This document shows positions 9,140 to 18,792 of a stretch of DNA of 32,000 nt, piece by piece (positions within the stretch are counted from its first letter, which is position 1; each line of letters begins with the position of its first letter). The DNA is taken from assembly GCA_963675915.1 (NCBI GenBank), contig OY780959.1, positions 2,460,001 to 2,492,000 of the forward strand, given 5' to 3'. Under the pieces are notes generated by a model, which was not told where the DNA came from, did no database searches, and saw only the letters and a list, made by a program, of their open reading frames with translations. This DNA is from Coprobacillaceae bacterium. GTDB taxonomy: Bacteria > Bacillota_I > Bacilli_A > Erysipelotrichales > Coprobacillaceae. Position numbers and translations under genes: made by a program.

Positions 9140-10108
9140 ATGTTGGAAATGTTTGGATCGTTCATAATAAGTTATATATTGATGTTGATTTTAATGCCGC
9201 AAATCATCCCGGTTTTTCACCGTTTCAAATTCGGTCAAACCGTCCGTGAGGAAGGTTTGGAATCGCATAAGGTGAAGAGTGGAACCCCGACTATGGGTGG
9301 TGCTGTCTTTATCGTTGTGGCTATAGTTACGGCTCTGGGATTCAATTTCGCGAATATCACTTCGCCGGAATTATGGATTTTGACCCTGACCATCTTCGGA
9401 TTCGGGGCAATCGGGTTAATCGATGATGCCTTGATTGTAATCAAAAAATCAAACAAAGGGTTGCCGGCATGGCTTAAATTTGGATTGCAGGCAGTGTTGA
9501 CTGTCGGGCTGTATTTTTTGTGCCGCGAATTTATTGAAGGTTTTGATCATGTGATTGATATCCCTTTGATCAAAGCAAAAATCGACCTTGGATATCTTTA
9601 TCCGGTGATGTTTTTTGTGATGTTTACCGGGGCTAGTAACGGGGTTAATCTCTCGGATGGACTTGATGGTCTGGCGACTGGTCTGACCATGATTGCGATA
9701 GCACCGTTTGTAATTTTTTCATACATGACCCGTGATGCGATTTTGACTAATTACTGCATCGCAGTAATTGGAGCGTTGGTGGGATTCATGATGTTCAACT
9801 ATCATCCGGCTCGAATCTTCATGGGCGATGTCGGTTCACTGGGCTTGGGAGGCTTTTTGGCGATTATCGCGGTACTGACCCGTCAGGAACTGATGTTGGT
9901 AATTGTCGGAATGGTATATCTGATTGAAACACTGTCGGTGATTATCCAGGTAGTGTCATTTAAAACAAGAGGGAAAAGAGTGTTCAAAATGGCTCCGATT
10001 CACCATCATTTCGAGATGGTTGGATTTTCTGAAACTCAGGTTGTCTTGATGTTCTGGGCTGCCGGCTTTGTTTTTGGAATAATCGGAATCATTTTAGGGG
10101 TAATGTAA
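9140..10108 (+). CDS. mraY: phospho-N-acetylmuramoyl-pentapeptide transferase
   Basis: Multi-TM protein with TPTMGG, NGVNLSDGLDGLA, MGDVGSLGLGG and APIHHHFE motifs. RBS GAAGGAG. Confidence 0.95.
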   Translation: MLEMFGSFIISYILMLILMPQIIPVFHRFKFGQTVREEGLESHKVKSGTPTMGGAVFIVVAIVTALGFNFANITSPELWILTLTIFGFGAIGLIDDALIVIKKSNKGLPAWLKFGLQAVLTVGLYFLCREFIEGFDHVIDIPLIKAKIDLGYLYPVMFFVMFTGASNGVNLSDGLDGLATGLTMIAIAPFVIFSYMTRDAILTNYCIAVIGALVGFMMFNYHPARIFMGDVGSLGLGGFLAIIAVLTRQELMLVIVGMVYLIETLSVIIQVVSFKTRGKRVFKMAPIHHHFEMVGFSETQVVLMFWAAGFVFGIIGIILGVM

Positions 10109-10109
10109 A

Positions 10110-11456
10110 ATGTTGAAAAATAAAAATGTACTGGTTCTCGGTCTTGCCAAAAGCGGCAGGGCCGCTATCCGCTTATTGGAAAAACTTGAGGCGAATATTG
10201 TCTTGAATGAATCAAAACCGCTTGAAGAGATTGAGAATTATCAGGGTTACCTCGACCGGGGAATCGAAATTGTTGCCGGAGGTCATCCGGGAGAACTTTT
10301 TGAACGTGATTTTGACTTTGTGGTCAAGAACCCGGGCATCAATTATCATAAGGATTTCGTTTTGCGTCTTAAAGAACGAGGAATTCCGGTTTACTGTGAA
10401 ATCGAACTTGGCTATATGTTTGCCAAGAAGCAACACTATTATGCTATTACCGGAACGAATGGAAAAACGACAACAGTCAGCCTGCTCGACCACATTCTCA
10501 AAGGCCAATATCAAGATGTTTATCTGGCTGGTAATGTCGGAACTCCTTTTTGCGATATCGTCGTGGATCATGATTTGATGGAACGGGAAAATTGTCATGT
10601 GGTACTGGAAATGTCGAATTTCCAGCTTTTGGACATCGCCACATTCAAACCTGAGGGGGCGACAATCATCAATCTGACCCCTGATCATCTGGATTATATG
10701 GCTTCGCTTGATGAATATTATGCCTCAAAGCTGAATATCTACATGAATCAGGATGAAAATGATTTTTTCATCTTAAATACCGATGACGAGATACTCGCTC
10801 AATATTTTCAAAACCGACCTTGCCAAGGTGAAATTGTGACTATGTCTTTAGAAGCTCAACAGGATATCAAAATCCAGGATGGGATGATTTCAATTTATGA
10901 CCAACCGGTGATTTCGTTGGATAAGATTACACTGGTGGGACGCCATAATCTCCAAAATATCATGATTGCCACCGGTTTTGCCTATAAGGCCGGGGTTTCA
11001 ATCGCGACAATTGCCAAACAGATTGAATCTTTCAAAGGGGTAGAGCATCGTATTGAATTCGTGCGGGAATTTGAAGGGGTAAAATACTACAATGATTCCA
11101 AAGGAACCAACACCGATGCCACGATAACGGCAATCAAGGCATTTGACCGTCCGATCATTTTGATGATTGGCGGGTTTGAAAAGAATTTGGACTTAAGTGG
11201 GATGGCAAGTTTGAATGATCAGATTAAGACGCTGATAACTTTTGGGGCGACCAAGCAACGGTTTGCCGATGATATGAATCATCCCGATACTCATATCTGT
11301 GAAGGTTTGGAATCGGCTATTTTAAAAGCCTATGAGCTAAGCAAAGAAGGGGATATCGTCCTGCTTTCGCCTTCAACCAGTTCATACGATGAATTCAAAA
11401 GTTATATCAAAAGGGGCGAGTATTTCAAAAAAATTGTTAATCAGTTAGGAGAGTAA
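10110..11456 (+). CDS. murD: UDP-N-acetylmuramoylalanine--D-glutamate ligase
   Basis: N-terminal Rossmann-like VLGLAKSG, P-loop ITGTNGKTTT, DSKGTN, and dcw context. Confidence 0.93.
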   Translation: MLKNKNVLVLGLAKSGRAAIRLLEKLEANIVLNESKPLEEIENYQGYLDRGIEIVAGGHPGELFERDFDFVVKNPGINYHKDFVLRLKERGIPVYCEIELGYMFAKKQHYYAITGTNGKTTTVSLLDHILKGQYQDVYLAGNVGTPFCDIVVDHDLMERENCHVVLEMSNFQLLDIATFKPEGATIINLTPDHLDYMASLDEYYASKLNIYMNQDENDFFILNTDDEILAQYFQNRPCQGEIVTMSLEAQQDIKIQDGMISIYDQPVISLDKITLVGRHNLQNIMIATGFAYKAGVSIATIAKQIESFKGVEHRIEFVREFEGVKYYNDSKGTNTDATITAIKAFDRPIILMIGGFEKNLDLSGMASLNDQIKTLITFGATKQRFADDMNHPDTHICEGLESAILKAYELSKEGDIVLLSPSTSSYDEFKSYIKRGEYFKKIVNQLGE

Positions 11457-11457
11457 T

Positions 11458-12534
11458 ATGCGAATTGTTGTCGGAAGCGGTGGAACTGGAGGGCATTTGT
11501 ATCCAGCTTTGGCGTTAGTGGAATATATCAAGGAACAGGAAGACTGTGAGGTTCTTTTTGTCGGTACGACCGACCGGCTGGAATCTAAAGTTGTGCCGGA
11601 ACTAGGGTATGACTATGTCGGTCTTAAAGTTAAAGGGATGGTTGGCAGCCCGGTGAACAAAGCCAAGAACGCCTTGTTGTTTTTAAAATCGGTAATCAAG
11701 GCCCGAAAAGTGATTCGCAAGTTCAAACCTGACATTGTTGTCGGTTTTGGTGGTTATCCTTCGGCCAGTGTGGTCATGGCGGCATCACAGCTTAAAGTTC
11801 CGACTTTGATCCACGAACAGAATTCGATCATCGGTCTGACCAATAGAATCCTGATTAACCGGGTTGACAAAATTGTTGCTTGTTATCAGGAAGCTTATGA
11901 CAGTTTCCCTAAGGATAAGACTTACCTTTATGGAAATCCCCGGGCAAGTGTGATAATTTCCCAACCGGAAAACGACGTCTATGACAAATATGGATTGAAT
12001 CCGGAATTGCCGATTGTAACAGTGGTGATGGGATCACTGGGGTCAAAGTCGATTAACGACAAAATGGCAACCGCCCTGAAAAATGCCACACTGAGCAATT
12101 ATTCACTAGTTTATGTGACTGGGAAAAATTATTATGATATAATGAAAGAAGAGTTGGGCGATATCAGTGAAAATATCAAATTGATACCTTATATCGATGA
12201 TATGCCTTCACTGATGAAAGCCTCGACCTTGATGGTTTCCCGCGGCGGAGCCAGCACCCTTGCTGAACTTACCGCTCTTGGAAAACCGGCTATTTTAATT
12301 CCAAGTCCATATGTGGTCAAAAATCACCAGGAATTCAATTCGCAGGAACTGGTTGATTTTGGCGCTGCCAAGATGGTTTTGGAAGCTGATTTTGATGGTG
12401 AAAAGCTGATGGAAATGATCGCCGGTCTGGTTAGTGATGCCGGACAGTTGGAACAAATGCATCAGGCCAGTGTCAAATTGGGGAAACCCAATGCCTGTGA
12501 AGATATTTACAGGCTGATCAAAACGATGATATAA
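11458..12534 (+). CDS. murG: undecaprenyl-PP-MurNAc-pentapeptide UDP-GlcNAc transferase
   Basis: GGTGGHLYPALA, HEQN and RGGASTLAELTALGKPAILIP motifs. Confidence 0.93.
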   Translation: MRIVVGSGGTGGHLYPALALVEYIKEQEDCEVLFVGTTDRLESKVVPELGYDYVGLKVKGMVGSPVNKAKNALLFLKSVIKARKVIRKFKPDIVVGFGGYPSASVVMAASQLKVPTLIHEQNSIIGLTNRILINRVDKIVACYQEAYDSFPKDKTYLYGNPRASVIISQPENDVYDKYGLNPELPIVTVVMGSLGSKSINDKMATALKNATLSNYSLVYVTGKNYYDIMKEELGDISENIKLIPYIDDMPSLMKASTLMVSRGGASTLAELTALGKPAILIPSPYVVKNHQEFNSQELVDFGAAKMVLEADFDGEKLMEMIAGLVSDAGQLEQMHQASVKLGKPNACEDIYRLIKTMI

Positions 12535-12543
12535 GAGGAAAAT

Positions 12544-13458
12544 ATGAATTTTAACCAGATATATGAAGATTTGAATAATATGGAGCTCGGCACGGTAATC
12601 CGTGATGAGCCGATGTACAAGCATACGACCTTGAGAGTCGGCGGACCTTGCGAAATATTCGTTAATGTCGCCAGTCAGGAAAGTCTGATTGATTGCCTGA
12701 AGTACTTGGGCAAGCATCATGTCAAGTCAATGGTGATTGGGAAAGGAAGCAATCTTCTTTTCAATGACGCAACCTTTAGCGGAGTGGTTATTTCGCTGGC
12801 GAAAGGTTTCGACTATGTCCGATACAATGGGTGTCAGGTGATTGCCGGCGGCGCGAGTTCGATGATCAAGTTGGCCTATCAGGCGGCAAAAATCGGATTA
12901 AGCGGTTTTGAGTTCATGTCAGGTATCCCTGGGACCATCGGTGGGGGAGTCTACATGAATGCCGGGGCCTACAAATACGACATGGCTTCAGTCGTCAAAC
13001 GGGTGACTATCCTCGATGAACATTATCGGGTGCGGGATCTTGAAAATGAAGAAATGAAATTTGGCTACCGGAAATCGATTCTTCAGGATAATCCCAGATG
13101 GATTGTTCTTGAAGTTGAGTTCGAACTGACTCCTTCAGATCCGGATGTGGTCAGTGAGGTGATTGACAAGCGGAAAGAAAAGCGGATGGCGACTCAACCG
13201 TGGAACAAGCCGAGTGCCGGTTCGATTTTCCAAAATCCTGAAAATAATGCAGCTTGGAAACTGATTGATTCCTGCGAACTTCGCGGCCGGGAAATCGGTG
13301 GGGCGCAAGTCAGCCAGAAACACTGCAATTTCATTGTCAACAATGGCTATGCTTCGGCCAAGGATATTCATGATTTGATTGAGCTTGTCAAAACCGAGGT
13401 CAAGAACAAACACGGGATTGATTTGCACCAAGAGGTAAAATACGTAAATTGGGAGTAG
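12544..13458 (+). CDS. murB: UDP-N-acetylenolpyruvoylglucosamine reductase
   Basis: HTTLRVGGP, GKGSNLL, GIPGTIGGGVYMNAGAY and SAGSIFQNP motifs. Confidence 0.93.
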   Translation: MNFNQIYEDLNNMELGTVIRDEPMYKHTTLRVGGPCEIFVNVASQESLIDCLKYLGKHHVKSMVIGKGSNLLFNDATFSGVVISLAKGFDYVRYNGCQVIAGGASSMIKLAYQAAKIGLSGFEFMSGIPGTIGGGVYMNAGAYKYDMASVVKRVTILDEHYRVRDLENEEMKFGYRKSILQDNPRWIVLEVEFELTPSDPDVVSEVIDKRKEKRMATQPWNKPSAGSIFQNPENNAAWKLIDSCELRGREIGGAQVSQKHCNFIVNNGYASAKDIHDLIELVKTEVKNKHGIDLHQEVKYVNWE

Positions 13459-13461
13459 ATT

Positions 13462-14214
13462 ATGGCAAAGAAAAAAGTTGTTTTCAATGAATATGACCAA
13501 GACCAGCGTCTGATTCTGGCGAAGCGAAGAAAACGGAAAAGAATTCGCCGTTTTTTCAAACGGTTGTTTTTGATAATGACTGTATTTCTTGTTTGTGGCT
13601 ATTTTCTATCTAGTTTTTCCAAAATAATGACAGTGACTGTCGCCGGGACCGAACTTCTTAGTGAGGATGATGTCAAAGAACTGTCAGGTGTAACTGTGGC
13701 TGAAAGTTATTTTCTGTTAACTACAGTCAGGGAGGTTGAAAACCGGATCCTCGCCAGTGAATATTTCGACGAGGTCAAGGTTTCCAAAACGCTCGACCGC
13801 AATCTGACCATCGCAGTGGTGGAGACACCCCTGGTTTGTTATCAGGCAAGCGGAGATGGATATCGGGTTGTCAATGAATTTGGGAAGATTTTCCAGGTTG
13901 CCCCCGGATTGGAATCCAATTTGCTGCCATTGCCGGTCATGCATGATTTCACTGATGAAATATTCAGTGAGTTTGCGGTAGAGTATGTGAAGATTCCTAC
14001 CCAGGTGCGCTACCAGATTTCCGATATCTTCTTCATTCCCGAAGACGGTGATCCTTTGAAGTGTCAGTTCAATATGGATGACGGCAAAATTCTCTATGTC
14101 CGCATTGATAAAATGGCTGACCAGTTGGCCGACAACAAGTATCTGCTCAATATCCAGAAAAATCCTGATTATAAATATTATGATTATCTGGGAAGATTCA
14201 TATACATGGAATAA
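13462..14214 (+). CDS. divIB: cell division protein DivIB/FtsQ
   Basis: Basic N-terminus (KRRKRKRIRR), a single TM and a POTRA-like segment (ITVTVAGTELLSEDDV). Lies between murB and ftsA. Confidence 0.8.
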   Translation: MAKKKVVFNEYDQDQRLILAKRRKRKRIRRFFKRLFLIMTVFLVCGYFLSSFSKIMTVTVAGTELLSEDDVKELSGVTVAESYFLLTTVREVENRILASEYFDEVKVSKTLDRNLTIAVVETPLVCYQASGDGYRVVNEFGKIFQVAPGLESNLLPLPVMHDFTDEIFSEFAVEYVKIPTQVRYQISDIFFIPEDGDPLKCQFNMDDGKILYVRIDKMADQLADNKYLLNIQKNPDYKYYDYLGRFIYME

Positions 14215-14215
14215 T

Positions 14216-14249
14216 AAAAGACTTTGTCTAATTTGACAAAGTCTTTTTT
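14216..14249. terminator. bidirectional Rho-independent terminator between convergent divIB and the membrane-protein gene
   Basis: Perfect 13-bp arms AAAAGACTTTGTC (14216-14228) / GACAAAGTCTTTT (14235-14247). T-rich tails follow on both strands. The right arm lies inside the last codons of the minus-strand CDS. Confidence 0.8.
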
Positions 14250-14776
14250 GATGCCTTGGTTTGGGGAAAAAGTTTTCTTTTGAGATAGAAAAGGGCTCCT
14301 GATGTTTTCTTGTAGGTTAAAAAAATGAAACAGCTTGAAAGGACGAACTGAATCAGTGAAACCCGAAGACCCATAATCATATACAACAAGGTGACCTCCT
14401 TTGAGAAGATGATGAAGGGTAGCTGGAGCAATTGCCCGGTCATGAATGACAGCAATCCGGTGATGAAACAAAGCAGCAGGAAATGCCTTTGTAACACCGG
14501 CTTCAATGTTCCAATCAGCAAGGAGTAGCAAGGGTAGATGATAAAATACATCAACCCCCATGGTGTCGGACCCATGGTCAGCAGGTAAATCGAGCCGAAA
14601 ACCAGTGAAGCGACAAAAGAATCCCGGCGCTCGAAAACCATTGCAAAGGTCACGGTAACTGTGGTGATGACCTCCAGGTACATGACTAGGGACATTGATG
14701 TGAAAGCTACGTACTGAATTCCGCCCAAAATGGCGATCAGGGTAATTTTCTTGGTAGTGAAATAATTCTGTGACAT
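14228..14776 (-). CDS. small polytopic membrane protein, ECF-transporter S-component-like (substrate unknown)
   Basis: About 182 aa, 5-6 predicted TM segments, N-terminus MSQNYFTTKKITLIAILGGIQYVAF...YLEVITT typical of ECF S components. Start moved to ATG 14776 (AAGGAG 10 nt upstream); the ORF-track start 14842 lies inside the leader. The family assignment is tentative. Confidence 0.65.
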   Translation of the reverse strand: MSQNYFTTKKITLIAILGGIQYVAFTSMSLVMYLEVITTVTVTFAMVFERRDSFVASLVFGSIYLLTMGPTPWGLMYFIIYPCYSLLIGTLKPVLQRHFLLLCFITGLLSFMTGQLLQLPFIIFSKEVTLLYMIMGLRVSLIQFVLSSCFIFLTYKKTSGALFYLKRKLFPQTKASKKTLSN

Positions 14777-14940
14777 AAAAAATCGCTCCTTTGACAGGGC
14801 GAACAAAAAAGAGCGAAGAGCTGGAAAGCACAACCTTTTCATTCACCAAAAGATGTGGGATTGACAAAGTTCCTGGCTTCAAGGCGGTCCTTGACACAGT
14901 AGTGTGAGCTGCTCTAGAATTCAACTAGATTCCTTTTGGT
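14777..14940 (-). promoter_or_regulatory. structured 5' leader (candidate riboswitch or attenuator, class unassigned)
   Basis: On the minus strand, an 8-bp closing helix ACCAAAAG (14940-14933) / CTTTTGGT (14852-14845) encloses local hairpins TCTAG/CTAGA and TCAAGG-ACCG-CCTTGA. The 3' strand can alternatively pair with downstream AAAAG. CGCTCTTTT (14815-14807) can pair with AAAGGAGCG (14792-14784), which contains the SD. Confidence 0.4.
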
Positions 14941-15196
14941 CATTTAAGACAGTCAATATATTAATGATTAAACTTATTATAGTACATTAAAAATCAAATT
15001 TCAAATATCAAGATAATGCGTTATTTTACTGATTTGGAAGAAAGGTGTATTTTGTGATTTTATCGACATAAGTGAACTAAAAGTGTTTAAATTGTGTTTA
15101 AAATATGATACTATTAAATAGTATATATAATACAAATATTACAAAGAGGGTTTACTAATTTGATTATCCTGGTAAGCATTGCAAGGGGTGGAATAA

Positions 15197-16453
15197 ATGA
15201 GAAATATCTATGCATTGTTAGACATAGGTAGTGCAACTATCAAACTGGTTGTAGCGGAAATCATGGATACAAGTATCAACATTCTCTATGCTGATAAAGT
15301 TGCCAGTCACGGTGTGACCAAGGGCTATGTATCTAATGAAGAATTGGCTACCCAGGATGTGAAAAAGATAATTGTCGGTGCTAACGATTACTTGAATACT
15401 ACAATTGAAAGTGTGGCATTGATCGTTCCGACAATCGGTTCGCGCATCTACCAAAGTGACAGCTCGATTTCTCTGTCAGATTCCGGTAGCAAAATTAGTG
15501 GTCATGATATAAATAGGATTTTGAACTTGTCGGCCCGCTTCAAGAAAGAGCCTGATGAAGAATTGCTTTCAGTGATTCCAATCCGGTTCCATCATGACAA
15601 GGGGACCAATTCCAAGATTCCGATTGATATCAAATCGCGAAATCTGGCAGTTGACTCGTTGGTTGTAACTAGTCCGAAAAAATTGCTTTATCCGTTTCTT
15701 CGAGTTGTCGAAGGTGCGGGCTTAAATATTCTTGATGTTTCCATCAGCGCCTATGCGTGTGCATTGGAAACTTTCGACAGTGCCTACATGGAAGAAGGCG
15801 CGATATTGATCGATATGGGTTTCAAAACATCGACAATATCATTTTATAAAAATAGTCATATGAAGTATTTGTCGGTTGTTCCCTATGGAGGAAACGATTT
15901 TACTAGAAATATATATCAGAATTTCCAGATTTCTCCCGAACAGGGAGAAACCTATAAAATTAAATACGGAAGCGTTTTCGACCGTCATTCCCAAGATGAC
16001 GTGGTACATACCATCGTATATGACAAAGAGAAAAAAGATTATACTCTCGAGGATCTGCATGCACTTGACAAGGAAGTGGCCAAAAAGATTTTTGAAAAGA
16101 TCAAAGAGAAGGTTGATTTGATCGACAGAGGAAACAACTATGAAATAATTCTGGTAGGTGGGGGAAGTGAACTCAGGCTGATACCTGAGGTTGCCAGTGA
16201 GATACTTAATTCACCCGTACGGGTATATCGCCCGGAAACCATCGGGGTCCGAGACACGGCATATGTATCGTGTCTGGGGATGATTTATTTCATGATAAAC
16301 AAATCGAAGTATGCCGGTTATTACAAACCTTCAATGGAGATGGCGGATATCTCCAATACAATGGCAATTCGATTGAAAGGATTGACAAGAACCAATCCGA
16401 TGCCCCAGAGGGCTGTGAACAAAATACTGGACAATTTATTTAATGATGAATAA
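15197..16453 (+). CDS. ftsA: cell division protein FtsA
   Basis: Actin-fold motifs LDIGSATIKL, IDMGFKTS and LVGGGS. Directly upstream of ftsZ. RBS AAGGGGTGG. Confidence 0.92.
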   Translation: MRNIYALLDIGSATIKLVVAEIMDTSINILYADKVASHGVTKGYVSNEELATQDVKKIIVGANDYLNTTIESVALIVPTIGSRIYQSDSSISLSDSGSKISGHDINRILNLSARFKKEPDEELLSVIPIRFHHDKGTNSKIPIDIKSRNLAVDSLVVTSPKKLLYPFLRVVEGAGLNILDVSISAYACALETFDSAYMEEGAILIDMGFKTSTISFYKNSHMKYLSVVPYGGNDFTRNIYQNFQISPEQGETYKIKYGSVFDRHSQDDVVHTIVYDKEKKDYTLEDLHALDKEVAKKIFEKIKEKVDLIDRGNNYEIILVGGGSELRLIPEVASEILNSPVRVYRPETIGVRDTAYVSCLGMIYFMINKSKYAGYYKPSMEMADISNTMAIRLKGLTRTNPMPQRAVNKILDNLFNDE

Positions 16454-16469
16454 AAAGTGAGGAACAAAC

Positions 16470-17534
16470 ATGGAAGAAAATTATGAGCAAGTTGCGAAAA
16501 TAAAAGTAATTGGTGTTGGGGGCGGAGGTAATAACGCTGTCAACCGAATGGTTGAAAACGGAGTTCAAGGTGTCGAGTTTTATGTTGCCAATACTGATGT
16601 TCAAGTGTTGCGCCGTTCAAGTGTGGAAAACAAAATCGCTTTGGGTGGTAAAATCACCAAAGGTCTTGGTGCCGGGGGAAATCCTGAAGTAGGGAAAAAA
16701 GCGGCCATGGAATCAGAAAATGAAATCCGTGAAGTCCTTGAAGGAGCCGACATGGTCTTTATTGCGGCTGGTATGGGGGGCGGAACCGGTACTGGAGCTG
16801 CTCCGGTTTTTGCGAAAATCGCAAAAGAATTGGGAGCTTTGACGGTGGCTATCATTACCAGACCGTTCAAATTCGAAGGTCGTCGCCGTAATGATCTGGC
16901 TATTGACGGGATTGATGAGTTACGCAAAAATGTCGATTCAATCATCGTGGTGGCCAATGACCGTCTGTTGCAGCTTATCGGGGGACGTCCGATGTCTGAA
17001 GCATTCGGTGAAGCTGACAACGTGTTGCGCCAAGGGGTTCAGACAATCACTGATCTGATTGCCATCCCGGCGTTTATGAATCTGGATTTTGCCGATGTAT
17101 GTTCGGTTATGAAAAATAAAGGAAATGCCCTGATTGGAATTGGGATGTCTTCTGGTGACAACAAAGCAAGAGATGCGGCCAAAGCAGCCATTGCTTCACC
17201 ATTGCTTGATGTTTCAGTTGCCGGAGCTAAAGATGCAATCATCAATATCACCGGGGGACCGAATATCTCACTTTTCGATGCCAATATTTCATTGGAAACA
17301 ATCACTGAAGAAGTCGGTGACGATATCAATACCTACCTGGGTGTTGCCATCAATGACAATCTCGATGATGAAATCATCGTAACTGTAATTGCGACTGGTT
17401 TCGAAGAGATGAAAGAAGAATTGCCGATGAGTTCAAAGATGAAATTTGAAACGGAAGTTGAAGATCCTAGACGCCGTGAAGAAAGTGAAGATGAAGACGA
17501 ATTGCCAGGATTCATCCGTATGCGTCGTCTGTAA
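16470..17534 (+). CDS. ftsZ: cell division GTPase FtsZ
   Basis: [26 protein letters not shown] and NLDFADV motifs. C-terminal peptide [12 protein letters not shown]. Confidence 0.98.
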   Translation: MEENYEQVAKIKVIGVGGGGNNAVNRMVENGVQGVEFYVANTDVQVLRRSSVENKIALGGKITKGLGAGGNPEVGKKAAMESENEIREVLEGADMVFIAAGMGGGTGTGAAPVFAKIAKELGALTVAIITRPFKFEGRRRNDLAIDGIDELRKNVDSIIVVANDRLLQLIGGRPMSEAFGEADNVLRQGVQTITDLIAIPAFMNLDFADVCSVMKNKGNALIGIGMSSGDNKARDAAKAAIASPLLDVSVAGAKDAIINITGGPNISLFDANISLETITEEVGDDINTYLGVAINDNLDDEIIVTVIATGFEEMKEELPMSSKMKFETEVEDPRRREESEDEDELPGFIRMRRL

Positions 17535-18322
17535 TGATGGATAAAAAAATCGGTTTTATCGGCCTGGGAAATATGGCCGGGGCCTTGCTTGAGGGATTGC
17601 TTCAGGCGGGCAGCCTAGAAGCGAATCAGGTCTTTGGATTTGATATCGATGAAGCAAAAACAACTTATTTCCAGGATGAATACGGGATCAGCATTGTTGC
17701 GAGTGAAAAAGAGCTTGTCAACAGCAGCGAAGTGGTTGTTTTCGGGGTCAAACCCAATATCGTCGAAAGTGTTATTTCCAAAGTCAAAGACGAATTAATA
17801 AACAAAACTGTCGTATCGATGGTGCTTGGCTACAACTATGACAAGTTGCACGCTTTGCTGGATGAAACAACCAAGCATGTGACCATGATGCCAAATACAT
17901 CGGTGAAGGTAAAAGAAGGAGTTATCCTTTTTGAAAAAGAGACCAATGTCGAGCCACAGGATTTTAAGATGATTCAAGATATGTTTGCAGCGGTTGCGCT
18001 TGTCAAAGTTTTACCGGCATACCAGTTTAAGGGTGCCAGTGTTTTAACTGGATGCGGACCGGCATATGTCTATATGATTATCGAAGCGTTGGCTGATGGA
18101 GCGGTTGAACTGGGAGTTCCCCGTGATCTCGCTTATGAACTTGTCAGTCAGGTTGTCCAAGGCGGCGCGTTGATGCAAAAAGAAACGAAACTGCATCCGG
18201 GAATCCTCAAGGATCAGGTTTGTTCGCCAGGAGGAATCACAATCAAAGGTGTGAACTCATTGGAAGCTAACGGACTGAGAACCGCTTTGATTCAGGCAGT
18301 AAAAGCATCAAGTGGCAAATAG
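17534..18322 (+). CDS. proC: pyrroline-5-carboxylate reductase
   Basis: IGFIGLGNMAGAL Rossmann motif, VFGVKP and CSPGGITIKG. The start overlaps the ftsZ stop (TAATG). Confidence 0.88.
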   Translation: MMDKKIGFIGLGNMAGALLEGLLQAGSLEANQVFGFDIDEAKTTYFQDEYGISIVASEKELVNSSEVVVFGVKPNIVESVISKVKDELINKTVVSMVLGYNYDKLHALLDETTKHVTMMPNTSVKVKEGVILFEKETNVEPQDFKMIQDMFAAVALVKVLPAYQFKGASVLTGCGPAYVYMIIEALADGAVELGVPRDLAYELVSQVVQGGALMQKETKLHPGILKDQVCSPGGITIKGVNSLEANGLRTALIQAVKASSGK

Positions 18323-18333
18323 GAGGAACAAAT

Positions 18334-18780
18334 ATGGGAATTAATGATCGTATTCGAGATTTCTTCGTTGAACCAGATGAAGAATTCGATGATGATGAAT
18401 TTGAGGAACAGGAAGATTCCACCGGAACAAGAATTGAAGTTGAACGGGTAGTTAACAATGAATTCGAAACTCCTAAATCTGCCAATACCTCAAAGAAAAT
18501 TCAAAGTATTAATCCAGAACGTGACGGGCATCTGGTTCTGATTGAACCCCGTACATTTGATGAGACCCAAAAAATCGCGAAATTGCTCAAGGATAATCGT
18601 TCTGCGGTGGTTAATTTGCACCGCCTTTCAAAAGATGAGTCCAAAAGAGTAACCATTTTTCTAAGTGGAGTCATTTATGCGATTGATGGAACAATGCAGG
18701 TTGTTGGGGAGAAAACATATCTTTGTACTCCTAACAATATGAGCGTTACTGGAGAAATTGTCTTAGACGATGATGAATAG
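18334..18780 (+). CDS. sepF: cell division protein SepF (copy 1, full length)
   Basis: N-terminal MGINDRIRDFFV helix, an acidic linker, and the SepF core: LVLIEPRTFDE, SAVVNLHRL, FLSGVIYAIDG, KTYLCTP. Confidence 0.9.
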   Translation: MGINDRIRDFFVEPDEEFDDDEFEEQEDSTGTRIEVERVVNNEFETPKSANTSKKIQSINPERDGHLVLIEPRTFDETQKIAKLLKDNRSAVVNLHRLSKDESKRVTIFLSGVIYAIDGTMQVVGEKTYLCTPNNMSVTGEIVLDDDE

Positions 18781-18792
18781 GAGGATTTGACG

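Noticed and set aside
10207-10688. Overlapping 123-aa (+) and 158-aa (-) ORFs inside murD
   Set aside because: They are nested in a strongly supported murD frame and have no RBS or motifs.
14777-14842. ORF-track start (ATG at 14842) for the membrane protein, adding 22 N-terminal residues
   Set aside because: The extension (MKRLCFPALRSFLFALSKERFF) is encoded by the leader and SD-sequestering helix. ATG 14776 has AAGGAG upstream.
14184-14924. 246-aa minus-strand ORF overlapping the membrane-protein gene in another frame
   Set aside because: It is His/Arg/Pro/Gly-rich with no domain features. It spans the structured leader and the bidirectional terminator and runs into the divIB 3' end. The alternative frame gives a coherent polytopic membrane protein with an RBS.
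16601-17329. Minus-strand ORFs of 139 and 96 aa antisense to ftsZ
   Set aside because: These are mirror-frame artefacts of the Gly/Ala-rich ftsZ coding sequence, with no independent signals.
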